Source: a virus
Taxonomy: Duplodnaviria > Caudoviricetes
Strand: one strand, 5' to 3'
IMG/VR virus record: IMGVR_UViG_2852501635_000002
Location: 1-64,000 of that record
DNA length: 64,000 nucleotides
Below the pieces are notes generated by a model. The model saw only the letters and a list, made by a program, of their open reading frames with translations, was not told the DNA's origin and did no database searches. This document shows, piece by piece, positions 1 through 9,623 of the stretch. Position 1 is the stretch's first letter. Each line of letters begins with the position of its first letter. The translations under genes and the position numbers were made by a program.

Positions 1-1158
1 TCATTTTAAATTCTCTACTTTTCTTAAGTGGGACGTATTTGGGACACAAGTGCCAAAAATACTGTCTATTTGCTTTGCATGTTCAGTTAAATGATTAGGA
101 GCTAGGTGAGCATACCTTCTAACCATATCAACTGATTCCCATCCGCCCATTTCTTGTAATACTGAAAGCGGAACTCCGGACTGAATTAACCAGCTCGCCC
201 ATGTGTGGCGCAGATCATGAAAGCGGAAGTTTTCTATTCCAGCTCTTTTTAGTGCCGTCCTCCATGCCGTGTTAGAATCAACTCGCATTTTTCTAACACT
301 TGGCGTTAATGTTCCATCTGGTCTTTTCTTTGATTCAGTGTGAACAAATACCCATTTGTGATGGTTTCCTATTTGCTCCTTAAGAACCTGACAAGCAGTG
401 TCATTTAAAGCAACACCAATTGCTTGACCTGATTTGCTATCCTCTGGGTTTATCCATGCAACTTTCCTTTGCATATCAATTTGACTCCACTCTAAATTGA
501 TAATATTGGATCGCCTTAATCCAGTGGACAATGCAAATGTAACTACGGATTTCAGTGGTTCAGGGCATTCTTGAATCAGTCTTTTAGCTTCATGATGCTC
601 TAACCACCGTACCCGCTTTTCTCTGATTGTTGGAACTTTGATAACGGGAGATTTTTCTAACCATTTCCAGTCACGCTCAGCGGCTCTTAACAGAGATTTC
701 ATGATGGCGAGATGTTTTGCTTTGGTTGCATTACTGACAGGGACATCAGTAAATGCGGGGATTTCCTTTCCCTTTCTTTTAGCTGAGCCCGCTTGTTTCT
801 CCCATCTTTCTCTTGCTTTTCTGTTTACCATCTTATTGATAACGGAATATATTTTTGCTTCTGTAATATCCTTAAGTCGATATCCTTCAAAGTGGTCTAA
901 CCAAAAAGAAAGCCGACCTTTATCATCATCCAGTGATTTTTTGTCTGCTTTCTCTTCTATCCATCTCACAACAGCTTCTTCAAAAGTAACATCAGGAAAG
1001 TCACCAAGTCGCCCTATGCGCCATAGCTCGACCTTTCTTGTGTCGTGCAACTCCTGCGCGAGCTTCTTGTCCTCTGTGCCAAGAGATTCCTTGATTCTTT
1101 TACCGCTTGGCGTCGTGTAGTTTCCGTACCATATTTTACCTCTTCTGAATAAAGACAT
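1..1158 (-). CDS. int: Tyrosine integrase, DLP12 IntD-like
   Basis: TGLRRS, HDLRH and YAH catalytic motifs; N-terminus [11 protein letters not shown] resembles argU-targeting IntD. Confidence 0.95.
   Translation of the reverse strand: MSLFRRGKIWYGNYTTPSGKRIKESLGTEDKKLAQELHDTRKVELWRIGRLGDFPDVTFEEAVVRWIEEKADKKSLDDDKGRLSFWLDHFEGYRLKDITEAKIYSVINKMVNRKARERWEKQAGSAKRKGKEIPAFTDVPVSNATKAKHLAIMKSLLRAAERDWKWLEKSPVIKVPTIREKRVRWLEHHEAKRLIQECPEPLKSVVTFALSTGLRRSNIINLEWSQIDMQRKVAWINPEDSKSGQAIGVALNDTACQVLKEQIGNHHKWVFVHTESKKRPDGTLTPSVRKMRVDSNTAWRTALKRAGIENFRFHDLRHTWASWLIQSGVPLSVLQEMGGWESVDMVRRYAHLAPNHLTEHAKQIDSIFGTCVPNTSHLRKVENLK
29..46 (+). repeat. Putative integrase arm-type site pair TGGGACGTATTTGGGACA (left end)
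   Basis: 17/18 identical to 50140-50157 at the other prophage end. Confidence 0.7.
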
Positions 1159-1382
1159 GATTTTCCCTCTCGTGTCTCACCAGCGTTCACTGGTATATTG
1201 TGAATTGATTTATTAGCTGCCGCAATACACGCAGCTCTCGTAAATAGATATGGTGAGTTTTTCTTTGATGGATCCTTTCTTGTGTATGCAATCAATCCTA
1301 GTTTGCACCATCGAGAAAGCGTGTCTTCTGATATACCAATAAATTCCGCAGCTTCTTTTCTAGGTATAGTTATTCCTTCCAT
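1014..1382 (-). CDS. xis: Excisionase-like HTH protein (ORF overlaps the int 5' end)
   Basis: [25 protein letters not shown] directly upstream of int. Confidence 0.7.
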   Translation of the reverse strand: MEGITIPRKEAAEFIGISEDTLSRWCKLGLIAYTRKDPSKKNSPYLFTRAACIAAANKSIHNIPVNAGETREGKSCLYSEEVKYGTETTRRQAVKESRNLLAQRTRSSRRSCTTQERSSYGA

Positions 1383-1391
1383 TTTACCCTC

Positions 1392-1586
1392 CTATCCATT
1401 CTTCCTTTTATACTGTTCATGATCATCACCACAATCTTTACTGCAGTATGCGCTATTAGGTGCGACCGGTTCTTCGTGACACCAGATACACATGCCGTTA
1501 TATGATTTAATTGCTACCTTGCGATTTGACAATGACACTTGAATATATAGTTCGTTTATTTCATTTGCTGAGTCGATAATGTCCAT
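1392..1586 (-). CDS. Small C4 zinc-finger protein (TraR/DksA-like)
   Basis: MDIIDSANE N-terminus; CxxC...CxxxC. Confidence 0.6.
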   Translation of the reverse strand: MDIIDSANEINELYIQVSLSNRKVAIKSYNGMCIWCHEEPVAPNSAYCSKDCGDDHEQYKRKNG

Positions 1587-1593
1587 AATTCAC

Positions 1594-2196
1594 CTATATT
1601 AACCGAATACTTTCTTCTGCTTGGTCGCCATATACATCCCAATTACCATATTTCTCACGAGCGAATAATTCGAGTCGAGGAACGTCTCCGTATAATTCCT
1701 CCAAACGATGATGTACCTCTTTTGGCTTTTCGCTGTGTTCACCTAAGCACGAGTAAATAATTTGTCTCACGCTTGCAGATTGACGAGGTAATCCATTTCC
1801 TCGAGTGGCTATTAAACACATTTCGACATTTTGACGGGTGTAATTACCGCAATTAATCTTTGTCTCATTGTTTAATATTTCCATAAAGTCAAAGAAATCT
1901 TCTGGCGGTTTTTTATTTATTCTATCTCCTGCATTTTTATTTAATTTAACCCATGCGAATCCGAACATGTTTTTAACTTTAAAATCCCATGCTTCGGCTA
2001 ATTTAATAGCTTCGAGTGCAAAGTTACCTGTGTACCACATACAGAGTACAGCGTTATTAGAGGAGTGTTTTTCTATTGGTAATTGGGAGAGGGAATATAA
2101 GTCGGTAGTGTTGTAATGATTATCTGCTGCGCCATTTGAAGATTTGTTATTGTAAGACCATGGCGGGTCAGCGAGAATCAAGTCATACTTTTTCAT
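1594..2196 (-). CDS. MT-A70 family adenine methyltransferase
   Basis: YDLILADPPW, HSEKP and RLELFAR motifs. Confidence 0.9.
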   Translation of the reverse strand: MKKYDLILADPPWSYNNKSSNGAADNHYNTTDLYSLSQLPIEKHSSNNAVLCMWYTGNFALEAIKLAEAWDFKVKNMFGFAWVKLNKNAGDRINKKPPEDFFDFMEILNNETKINCGNYTRQNVEMCLIATRGNGLPRQSASVRQIIYSCLGEHSEKPKEVHHRLEELYGDVPRLELFAREKYGNWDVYGDQAEESIRLI

Positions 2197-2539
2197 TCTC
2201 CGCATCCTTCATACACAAGAAAATAATCATTGCAGCTTTTAATGGATTGCTAACGCTGCACTCTATATTTCCGTCATTAGTTGCAAACTGGAACTTCCTA
2301 TCTTGATATACAAGACTAATTCCATATGCATTGATAATTACCCACGCATTATTTACTGTGCAGCAAAAATCCAACTCACACCCTTTTTGGCTTATTATTT
2401 CTCCGTAATTATGGTTTGAGGGAACATTCCAAATCAACTTACCTACATCGCTCGCAATAAATAAATGTGGTAGCAAACCTAACGCTTCAGCAACCTTTTT
2501 ATTAATCTCGAAGTCAGATAGTTCGGTGTATTTATTCAT
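2183..2539 (-). CDS. NinX/DUF2591-like phage protein
   Basis: LSDFEINKKVA and NPLKAAMIIFL motifs. Confidence 0.7.
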   Translation of the reverse strand: MNKYTELSDFEINKKVAEALGLLPHLFIASDVGKLIWNVPSNHNYGEIISQKGCELDFCCTVNNAWVIINAYGISLVYQDRKFQFATNDGNIECSVSNPLKAAMIIFLCMKDAENEKV

Positions 2540-2693
2540 TGATTAACTCCAGCATTTTCTCATTGTACCAATCTCGGTTGTCCCACCAATCGTGCACTAA
2601 GTAAGGCGCGTAAAGTTCTTCTCGAACCAATTCAATAACCCCAATTTTCTCATACCCCTTAACTTTAACCTTATCGCCGACTTTAAATTTCAT
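2532..2693 (-). CDS. 53-aa hypothetical protein (MKFKVGDKVKVKG...)
   Basis: Manual translation; overlaps its neighbours as in a coupled operon. Confidence 0.65.
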   Translation of the reverse strand: MKFKVGDKVKVKGYEKIGVIELVREELYAPYLVHDWWDNRDWYNEKMLELINE

Positions 2694-2844
2694 CGCCATA
2701 CCTCTCCACAAACTATTTCAACATCCCGCACCTGCATTATTTGCATAGCACGACTCTCGCATTCTTGCTGTGTGTATATTTGCTCAGTTACAGGCACAGC
2801 AGACCCTGTATTAGCACTAGTAATACATATCCGATTATTTGCAT
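2690..2844 (-). pseudogene. Small phage gene with a probable 1-nt frameshift
   Basis: MQIIGYVLLVLIQG stops early; the shifted frame continues AVPVTEQIYTQQECESRAM...GEVWR* to a TGA overlapping the next ATG. Confidence 0.5.
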
Positions 2845-2846
2845 GG

Positions 2847-3215
2847 TTATTCTTCGTTTATTTTAATGCCTGAGACAATACCAACAATTGAATCAGTAAT
2901 TGATATGTCATAACCATCATTCAGTATTATATCTGCCATAGTATCTAAATTACCGGCATAGTCTTCGCCATTGATATTGCAATCATATTGATGGAGTATT
3001 GCGTACAATGTTTTCTCAATTGCATGATTAACCATTCCCTTAATTATCATATTTCCGTCATTTCGCATTACGCCGCTAATAATTAAATCATGAGATTTTT
3101 TCTCAACAATTTTTAGTAGGTTTGATATTTTAATTGCCGCTTGCTCATCTTTTGCATTTTTCAGAAAAGAACCATCAGGGAAACCGTTATCATATGTTAT
3201 TGGTATTTTATTCAT
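2847..3215 (-). CDS. Hypothetical protein
   Basis: 122-aa ORF in the early-left operon. Confidence 0.65.
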   Translation of the reverse strand: MNKIPITYDNGFPDGSFLKNAKDEQAAIKISNLLKIVEKKSHDLIISGVMRNDGNMIIKGMVNHAIEKTLYAILHQYDCNINGEDYAGNLDTMADIILNDGYDISITDSIVGIVSGIKINEE

Positions 3216-3224
3216 TTTTTATTT

Positions 3225-3581
3225 TCACTCCCAATCTTCTTTAATTAATTGCTTACCTTTATCAGTTAATTCGAGATTTCGACCAGTATCAATTCCGTAG
3301 CCTAAATCCTCTAAAAATTCGCAAGCATTCTCGCCAGCCGACATAAATAAATGGTCATCATTTGCATATTGCCGGAAAACTAAAATTAAATGTCTGATTG
3401 CTTGGTCGCGTTCTTTTTCCAAACTCTCGCGTGATGCTTGCCAGCTAATCCACATTAAATCTACATATTGGTCAGCGTAATTTAATCCGTTATTTGCACG
3501 TTTAAGTTTTGATTCAAATTCTGACGGGTCGCTAAGTTGCTTTATTGCCTCTTCAAACTGCTGTCTTGATTTATCCATCAC
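3225..3581 (-). CDS. Hypothetical phage protein
   Basis: SRQQFEE...WISWQASR motif common in lambdoid early genes. Confidence 0.7.
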   Translation of the reverse strand: MMDKSRQQFEEAIKQLSDPSEFESKLKRANNGLNYADQYVDLMWISWQASRESLEKERDQAIRHLILVFRQYANDDHLFMSAGENACEFLEDLGYGIDTGRNLELTDKGKQLIKEDWE

Positions 3582-3871
3582 TCCACCTTTTTAATATTTT
3601 CGATTGCCAATTCCATTTTATGACGTGCTGATGAATTAGAAGAATGAACAATAATTTCAGGTGCTTTAAATCCATTTAAATAAACTTGTTCTTCTATCCA
3701 CAATAAAACGTCATAGCCTGTACCTCGTTCATCATCACCTAAATCATGGTCTAGGCTGATTAACTCAACCTCGCCAGTCTCCAGTAATTTAATCGCTTCA
3801 TCAGGCCAGTAAGCGCGAACAAATCCATCTGGCGTTTGGCGCTCGTCGTCGAGATAGACTTTCATATTCAT
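3578..3871 (-). CDS. Stand-alone receiver-like protein (cyclic-phosphate processing REC type)
   Basis: VYLDDER, ISLDHDLG, GYD and IVHSSN motifs. Confidence 0.7.
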   Translation of the reverse strand: MNMKVYLDDERQTPDGFVRAYWPDEAIKLLETGEVELISLDHDLGDDERGTGYDVLLWIEEQVYLNGFKAPEIIVHSSNSSARHKMELAIENIKKVE

Positions 3872-3954
3872 TCCTCTTTATTGCATCCCTGCGAGTTAAA
3901 TTAAGCTGTCCGTAGCTTTCATGGTTATATCCTTTGGTTAAACGGGTAGGGTGG

Positions 3955-4452
3955 TTAGAAGGGTATTTCTTGGTCATCCCAATCTTGAGGCGGCTCACTT
4001 TGTGGCGCTTGATTACTCGATGCTTGTTTTGGCGCTTGCGGTTGCTGTGGTTGGCCCCATCCTTGATTCTGCTGTGGCTTCTAGCTTCCTGCCTGATTAC
4101 CACCGTTACCACCTAACATCTGCATTGTTCCGCCGACATTAACTACCACTTCCGTTGTGTATCGGTCTTGTCCGTTCTGGTCTGTCCATTTTCTGGTTTG
4201 CAGAGAACCTTCTATGTATACCTGACTTCCTTTTCTCAGATATTCACCTGCAATTTCTGCTAATTTGCCGAAGATGCACACTCGATGCCACTCAACCCGA
4301 TCCTTCATTTCACCAGTCTGCTTATCACGCCACGATTCCGATGTGGCTAGTGTGAGATTAGCGACTGCGCCACCTGATGGCATATAACGGATTTCTGGAT
4401 CCTGCCCCAAGTGACCAATGAGAATACATTTATTCACGCCTTTACTTGCCAT
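3955..4452 (-). pseudogene. ssb: Single-stranded DNA-binding protein with an in-frame TAG at 4081-4083
   Basis: OB-fold [16 protein letters not shown]; after the TAG the same frame continues KPQQNQGWGQ...DWDDQEIPF*. Confidence 0.85.
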
Positions 4453-5143
4453 ATACACTCCATTGATTGCCAAATTGAATGCCTAACTTGTTTAATCCCT
4501 GATCCATTACTTCGATAAACTCAGGTACTAACTCGTCAAATTCTTTCATCATTTTTTCGTCACGCTCAACAGGGAAATATGCGATTTCTTTCCCTGCCGG
4601 CATGCGTGGGTCAAAATTTGCAAAGTGCCAGATATCCTTACCTGTAACCCACATGGAATATTGAACTTGAGCCACATATTCCTTTTTCATTGCATCGATT
4701 CCGTTCAATGCTAAGTCGATAAATACGTCCGTGTTATTAGGACATTTAAGCTCTAATCCTGAGCCATCACTGCAAATGCCGTCTGGTGAGCAAGCTATCC
4801 GTAGTTGCTCATCTTTGAATATTATTGGCACTTCCTTTGCCGTTAATCCGGTGTAAAACTCGAATGTCATCCTTGCTTCTAATTCGTAGTTTTTACCCCA
4901 TTCCAGCGTCCTTGCTGATACCTCCTTGTAAACTCCCGTGCAGACTTCACCAATAAGGGTGTTTAAATATGTTTTCTTTGTGTCTGTCCATTTTGTTCCT
5001 GATCTTGGCTTAGAGATAACTTTCCATGCCTCAGAGGCGGTTACTACGCCGAGCCTTGCTTGTAACCAGATATCGCTACCTTGTTCAATGTTGGATATTG
5101 GTCCAAATATATCCTCGAACGCACTTTCCCATGATCTACTCAT
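4442..5143 (-). CDS. exo: Lambda-type exonuclease (YqaJ family)
   Basis: [30 protein letters not shown] and QVQYSMW motifs. Confidence 0.9.
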   Translation of the reverse strand: MSRSWESAFEDIFGPISNIEQGSDIWLQARLGVVTASEAWKVISKPRSGTKWTDTKKTYLNTLIGEVCTGVYKEVSARTLEWGKNYELEARMTFEFYTGLTAKEVPIIFKDEQLRIACSPDGICSDGSGLELKCPNNTDVFIDLALNGIDAMKKEYVAQVQYSMWVTGKDIWHFANFDPRMPAGKEIAYFPVERDEKMMKEFDELVPEFIEVMDQGLNKLGIQFGNQWSVYGK

Positions 5144-5756
5144 ATTTTGGAACCTTCCTACAGCCATTTCTTGGTGGTACTTTTTTTCCTCTATTTATAT
5201 ATCCGTTACACCATTTATAAATAGTTGCTGGCTTCACCTTGAAATGATTGGATGCTGAATAGCAGCTATCGAACACCAAATCGCCAATATGCCAGTAGAA
5301 TGAGTTAGACCTATTCATTGCTTGCTCTGATACGGTAGCCCATCTGCAATTTTCTTTAGAGTAAGGGCCATTGTTATCTATTCTGTCTAGTTGGTGATTT
5401 CTTGATGGTGGGTTACCCATGTCATTAAAAAAAGCTTTGAAATCAAGCCATTCTTTGCTTATTCCTCTGGCATGGTATTTTTCATAGTCTTTATTATTTT
5501 TGTTTGTGCATCTGTTTTTCATTCCTACCCATATTTTGTATATCCTCGTATTTCTATATCCATGGGTTTTGTTTCTTCCGACTAAGCATCCGCAGCTCTT
5601 AATTCCAGATGACTTTAGTGAGTTAGCCGCTCTTAAGCAGGTGTTTCCGCACTTACATGAGCAAATGTAAACCCGCCTGCCATCTTTCATATGGGAGAAT
5701 TTACACACTGTTAGGAGTCCAAATATTTCTCCTTCTTGTAATTGCTTTGCATACAT
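5136..5756 (-). CDS. Free-standing HNH homing endonuclease
   Basis: CSCKCG, SCGC and [19 protein letters not shown] motifs. Confidence 0.85.
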   Translation of the reverse strand: MYAKQLQEGEIFGLLTVCKFSHMKDGRRVYICSCKCGNTCLRAANSLKSSGIKSCGCLVGRNKTHGYRNTRIYKIWVGMKNRCTNKNNKDYEKYHARGISKEWLDFKAFFNDMGNPPSRNHQLDRIDNNGPYSKENCRWATVSEQAMNRSNSFYWHIGDLVFDSCYSASNHFKVKPATIYKWCNGYINRGKKVPPRNGCRKVPKYE

Positions 5757-5766
5757 AGAGTCACCT

Positions 5767-5799
5767 TTATTTGCTTAGAATGATGTCATTACTAATCAT
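5767..5799 (-). pseudogene. Orphaned original N-terminus of exo ([10 protein letters not shown])
   Basis: ATG overlaps the recT TGA (ATGA); resembles the lambda Exo start MTPDIILQR. Confidence 0.6.
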
Positions 5800-6722
5800 T
5801 TCCCTTCTGCCTTTTTCCTTAGCATGTCGATAATGGTATTGGCTTCAAATGCGGTTAATTGCTCTGGATGGGATATTTGATGGTTGAATTTTTTACTAAT
5901 GAATGTGAAGAATGCGTCACTCCATTCGCCATTAACTTTAAGCATCAAGTCCGTGATAGCCTTTAATTGATCTTCACTTGCTGGCGTTATGTCCCTTGGT
6001 TCTTGTTGCTCGTTCCCAAAATCAATACCTTCTCCAGCCTCAGTATTAACATAGTCAATAGCCTTATCTAAACGTTCTCTTCGAGGCCAGTATTTGGCTG
6101 CTTGTTTCACTACTGTTTTTAGAATCATCTGCTCTTCGTCAGTTACCCAAGGACACGATTTTTTCTTTGATATCCAAGCTTTCCATGCTGTTGAGCGGTC
6201 ACGTATTGCGTAAATATCAGCAATAGCCATTGTGTGAGTTAGATAGTCTCCATCTTCTGTTTTTACTACTGCGTAAGCGCCAACAATCTCACCTCTCTGC
6301 TCCTGAGTAGCAAAGGCGTTGTATTCGTGGCGAGGTGCGGTATCTATTGATGTAAGTTGGAAATTATCATTTTGTCGAACAATGCTTGATTGACACCACT
6401 TAATAGCCTGTGATTGTTGAGCAATATGCATCAATCCCATGTAACTGATATCGAGACATACTTTCTTGTCTCTAGGAACTAGGTAAGCCAACTTTTGCGC
6501 TGGGTTTAAACTAATTCCGATAGCTGAGACATTCATGATCGCACTACGAACTGACACAAGATTATTAACTGCAACATTTGCCAGATAATCATTGTTCGCG
6601 AATATTTGCATGGCAAATTCAGATTCCCTTTTGAATGCAATGCTTGGCTCGCTACACACTTGTTCGAACTCATTTTTAAGAGGATTTACAACCTCATATA
6701 TTTTTTGAACTGCATTTGTCAC
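5796..6722 (-). CDS. recT: RecT/Red-beta family ssDNA annealing protein
   Basis: GISLNP..AYLVP, ISYMG and PW...EQMILKTV motifs; next to exo. Confidence 0.9.
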   Translation of the reverse strand: MTNAVQKIYEVVNPLKNEFEQVCSEPSIAFKRESEFAMQIFANNDYLANVAVNNLVSVRSAIMNVSAIGISLNPAQKLAYLVPRDKKVCLDISYMGLMHIAQQSQAIKWCQSSIVRQNDNFQLTSIDTAPRHEYNAFATQEQRGEIVGAYAVVKTEDGDYLTHTMAIADIYAIRDRSTAWKAWISKKKSCPWVTDEEQMILKTVVKQAAKYWPRRERLDKAIDYVNTEAGEGIDFGNEQQEPRDITPASEDQLKAITDLMLKVNGEWSDAFFTFISKKFNHQISHPEQLTAFEANTIIDMLRKKAEGK

Positions 6723-6940
6723 GACATCCTCCTACGTTCCTGATAGCTCTTTAACTCCTTATAAAGACCATCAATTGTCATATCGAAAACGCTGTCACTC
6801 CATTGACTGGTAATATCCTTTGGTAATCCATCAACCACATTAAATGCGACATTACTTAATTCAGCGTCCTTTGCATCAATCCATGATGCTTCTTCTTGTT
6901 TGCGTTCTTCCCTTGCGTCAAGTTCATGGTAAGGATTCAC
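6719..6940 (-). CDS. Hypothetical protein
   Basis: 73-aa coupled ORF. Confidence 0.7.
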   Translation of the reverse strand: MNPYHELDAREERKQEEASWIDAKDAELSNVAFNVVDGLPKDITSQWSDSVFDMTIDGLYKELKSYQERRRMS

Positions 6941-7197
6941 GCAACCCTCCTTAGCAGAGCCAGCTTAGAAATAGGGGCATCCATGCTTGCTTCATTGACA
7001 ATCCTGTCAATCTCTTCCTTGTCGAACTGCATAATCCATTGCAGAGCTTCCACTGGGTCAATTTCCGTTAATTTAGCCAACTCAGCGAAACTTCCTGTCT
7101 CAATGCTAAGTTTGCTACTTTCGTCAAATTCCATGACTGTTTTGCCGTCTACTACCCGAGTTCCGTTCGAGTAGCTGTATGAAATTTGCATAATCAC
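6937..7197 (-). CDS. Hypothetical protein
   Basis: Coupled ORF with RBS. Confidence 0.7.
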   Translation of the reverse strand: MIMQISYSYSNGTRVVDGKTVMEFDESSKLSIETGSFAELAKLTEIDPVEALQWIMQFDKEEIDRIVNEASMDAPISKLALLRRVA

Positions 7198-7198
7198 C

Positions 7199-7354
7199 TC
7201 AACTTACAAATGTCGGTATTACGCCGACTGTTATCACAATGACCACAGCTAAACTGAATAACCATGGGCTTGTACGTTTATTTTTACGTGCTTGAGGCGT
7301 AGTGATACGCACCGCCATGCAATCACGCATAGCGCTGTAATAGTTAGTTTTCAT
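7199..7354 (-). CDS. 51-aa protein with C-terminal TM segment
   Basis: Manual translation MKTNYYSAMRDC...WLFSLAVVIVITVGVIPTFVS*; GAGG RBS. Confidence 0.55.
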   Translation of the reverse strand: MKTNYYSAMRDCMAVRITTPQARKNKRTSPWLFSLAVVIVITVGVIPTFVS

Positions 7355-7409
7355 TGTTACCTCGCTAGGTGAGCGATAGGGTGGTTATCTGGTGTTGGTG
7401 CGGTGGGTA

Positions 7410-8351
7410 TTAGTAGTTCATTGTCATGTGGGGGATTTTATTACTAGCAACTAACTTAATAAATTCAGTCGCTAATTTTTCATCAAACCCGTGACTTGCC
7501 AAGGCTTGTAAGGTTTCTTGGTTATACTTGCGACGATGTTCCTTATCAGCCTGACGTTTAGCTTCCTCCTGACGCTTACGTTCTTCTTCTGCTAATCGCG
7601 CTTGTTCTGCTTCCTGTGCTTTCTTGCGTTCGGCTTCGATAGCTAATTGTTTCTCACGTTCGGCTCGCTCCTGAGCTTCTTTAGCATCACGTTCAGCCTT
7701 TTCCTTAGCTTCTTTTGCTGCTTGCTCTGCACGTTGAATTGCTTCCTGCTTTTCACGCTCTGCACGTTCAGCGGCTTCTTTTGCTTCACGCTCACGCCGT
7801 GCTGCCGCTTCAATTTCTTGCTGTGCTTTGCGCTCAGCTTCAAGTCTTGCCTGTTCCGCAGCTTGTCGCTTCATTTCTTCTTCACGAGCAATGCGTTTGC
7901 GTTCTTCTTCAGCTTTGCTTAAATCAAACAGCTCGTTCATTTGCAGAGCTTCTTCATGATCAACTTCGATTTGCTTCTTAAGCGCTTCGGCTTCTTCGCG
8001 AGCTTTTTCTTGTGCTTCCCACTCTGTTAGTGGCTTGCGAATTTCTGTGCTCAATGCATCTAATTCGTCACGAAATATCTTACGGCTAGCATCAACTTTT
8101 TTAGGTAGCTCTTTTAGCTTATCGACAACTGCTTTACCTTCCTTGTCGATATACGTTTTTGTTTGAGCAACTTTGTACGCCAGAGATGCAAAAGCCTTTC
8201 GGTTTTTAGCTACTGAGAAATCACTGTCGAGTTCTTTACGCTCTTCTTCTGCAAGAGATTTAATGTGCTCCAGCATCTGATTTACTTTTTCTGGTGCCGT
8301 AAACAAATCTAGCGCCGTAGCTTGTTCAATTACGACTAATTCATTTGCCAT
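7410..8351 (-). CDS. Coiled-coil phage protein (often annotated TolA-like)
   Basis: ASLAYKVAQTKTYID motif and long E/A/K/R-rich helix. Confidence 0.8.
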   Translation of the reverse strand: MANELVVIEQATALDLFTAPEKVNQMLEHIKSLAEEERKELDSDFSVAKNRKAFASLAYKVAQTKTYIDKEGKAVVDKLKELPKKVDASRKIFRDELDALSTEIRKPLTEWEAQEKAREEAEALKKQIEVDHEEALQMNELFDLSKAEEERKRIAREEEMKRQAAEQARLEAERKAQQEIEAAARREREAKEAAERAEREKQEAIQRAEQAAKEAKEKAERDAKEAQERAEREKQLAIEAERKKAQEAEQARLAEEERKRQEEAKRQADKEHRRKYNQETLQALASHGFDEKLATEFIKLVASNKIPHMTMNY

Positions 8352-8433
8352 TCCTATGTTCCTTATGTGCGTATTCCTCACTATTAATAGCGATATGAAT
8401 GATTAAGTGGTGGGTTACTACTGACCGAGGGCT

Positions 8434-8667
8434 TTAGAGTTTTGCTACAACTTCGTCATAATTAACTTCAAAGTATTCGCAGGTTTCTTTCAAGTCGTTA
8501 AAGTTAATTGCGTGATTTAAGGCGCTAACTTCATCCTGAGTTAATTGTTCATCTCGGTAGTCATTAAATCCAACCGATAACAACTTACCGCCTAATATCT
8601 CCGTTCCTGCGTTTACAGACGGCTCCTTGCCATCTTCATACTCAACTACGAATGTCATTTTTCCCAT
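8434..8667 (-). CDS. Hypothetical protein
   Basis: 77-aa ORF with RBS. Confidence 0.65.
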   Translation of the reverse strand: MGKMTFVVEYEDGKEPSVNAGTEILGGKLLSVGFNDYRDEQLTQDEVSALNHAINFNDLKETCEYFEVNYDEVVAKL

Positions 8668-8738
8668 GTCATACCCCCTCCGTTATTAACTAAAGCAACA
8701 GTTTCCAAAATGGAAAAAGTTGCTCTATCTCCTATCTA

Positions 8739-8927
8739 TTAATCACCAAGCCATTCAAGGTATTGCATCTCTTGAATAACTTGCTCGTCTGTTGGCTCTC
8801 TGTTCTCTTTATTGCATTCCTTGCAGTTAGTTGCCGCTACAGGTTGACCCATGCATCCACATTCACGACCAGAGCAACAGGTGATAAACTCAATGCCGTC
8901 TTGGCAATATTTATTGCTACACTTCAT
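8739..8927 (-). CDS. Cys-rich small protein
   Basis: CCSGRECGCMG...CKEC. Confidence 0.65.
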   Translation of the reverse strand: MKCSNKYCQDGIEFITCCSGRECGCMGQPVAATNCKECNKENREPTDEQVIQEMQYLEWLGD

Positions 8928-9092
8928 TGCGGCTCCTATCTATTAATCAACTCACCACAGCCCACAGAATGGACTGTAATTAGTTAACTGTGCCCGTTTA
9001 TTTATCCACTTAGGGCGTCAGTGGTTTCTCTAGTCCCCACCAAAGAAATTGGTTACAATGTGTTCACCCCACCAATGAAAAAGGAAAACAAC

Positions 9093-9608
9093 ATGCACGT
9101 TCTATCTGAGAGGCAAGAAATGATTATTCAAGCATTAAATAATAGAGAATTCTTAATGAAACCAATAAATCAGGATAAATTTAACGAGTTACTGGAAGAA
9201 TTCGGAGAAGACCAACTAGCAAGAGAGTTGGACTACTTGCAAAAAAGAGGGTTAGTACAAGACGGTGCTGTGAGAATCGGCGTTGTCGATGATGAACCCT
9301 ATTCTTTTAATATTCACAAAATGGGGTTAACCGCTGATGGTGTTGACTGCGCTAATGCCGACACTCTTGGTAACAAATTAAACGTTGTGAACATAAAAAT
9401 TCACGAAAGCACCATTAACAATTTAGAAGCAATGATCAGAGCCGTTAACCTACCTGATGAAGATAAAAAAACTCTTCTCGATATGGTAAAGGAAAAGGGC
9501 GCTGAAGCTGTTGTTAGTAGAATGGTTGATTATGCATTTGCTAACGCGAGCATTGCTACTAAGTTATTCCTTGAAGCTACCAAAACAAAACTTGGATTTC
9601 ATGACTAA
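9093..9608 (+). CDS. Counter-oriented moron, wHTH-like protein at the sieB-equivalent position
   Basis: AAGGA RBS; ELDYLQKRGLV...LTADGVD wHTH-like pattern; palindromic terminator at 9608-9625. Confidence 0.7.
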   Translation: MHVLSERQEMIIQALNNREFLMKPINQDKFNELLEEFGEDQLARELDYLQKRGLVQDGAVRIGVVDDEPYSFNIHKMGLTADGVDCANADTLGNKLNVVNIKIHESTINNLEAMIRAVNLPDEDKKTLLDMVKEKGAEAVVSRMVDYAFANASIATKLFLEATKTKLGFHD

Positions 9609-9623
9609 GCCCATCCGTGGGCT

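Noticed and set aside
638-1120. Antisense ORF in int, and similar shadow ORFs (14025-14543, 43070-43435, 7647-7981)
   Set aside because: Opposite-strand shadows of well-supported genes.
4081-4083. Phage-wide amber recoding
   Set aside because: Isolated case; other genes (HNH at 5136, Rz at 23561) appear to end normally at TAG, and no suppressor tRNA is visible.
5136-5766. Group I intron in exo
   Set aside because: The HNH ORF fills almost the whole insert, leaving no room for a ribozyme core, and a new coupled exo start exists.
7560-8010. Repetitive DNA
   Set aside because: Explained by E/A/K/R coiled-coil coding.
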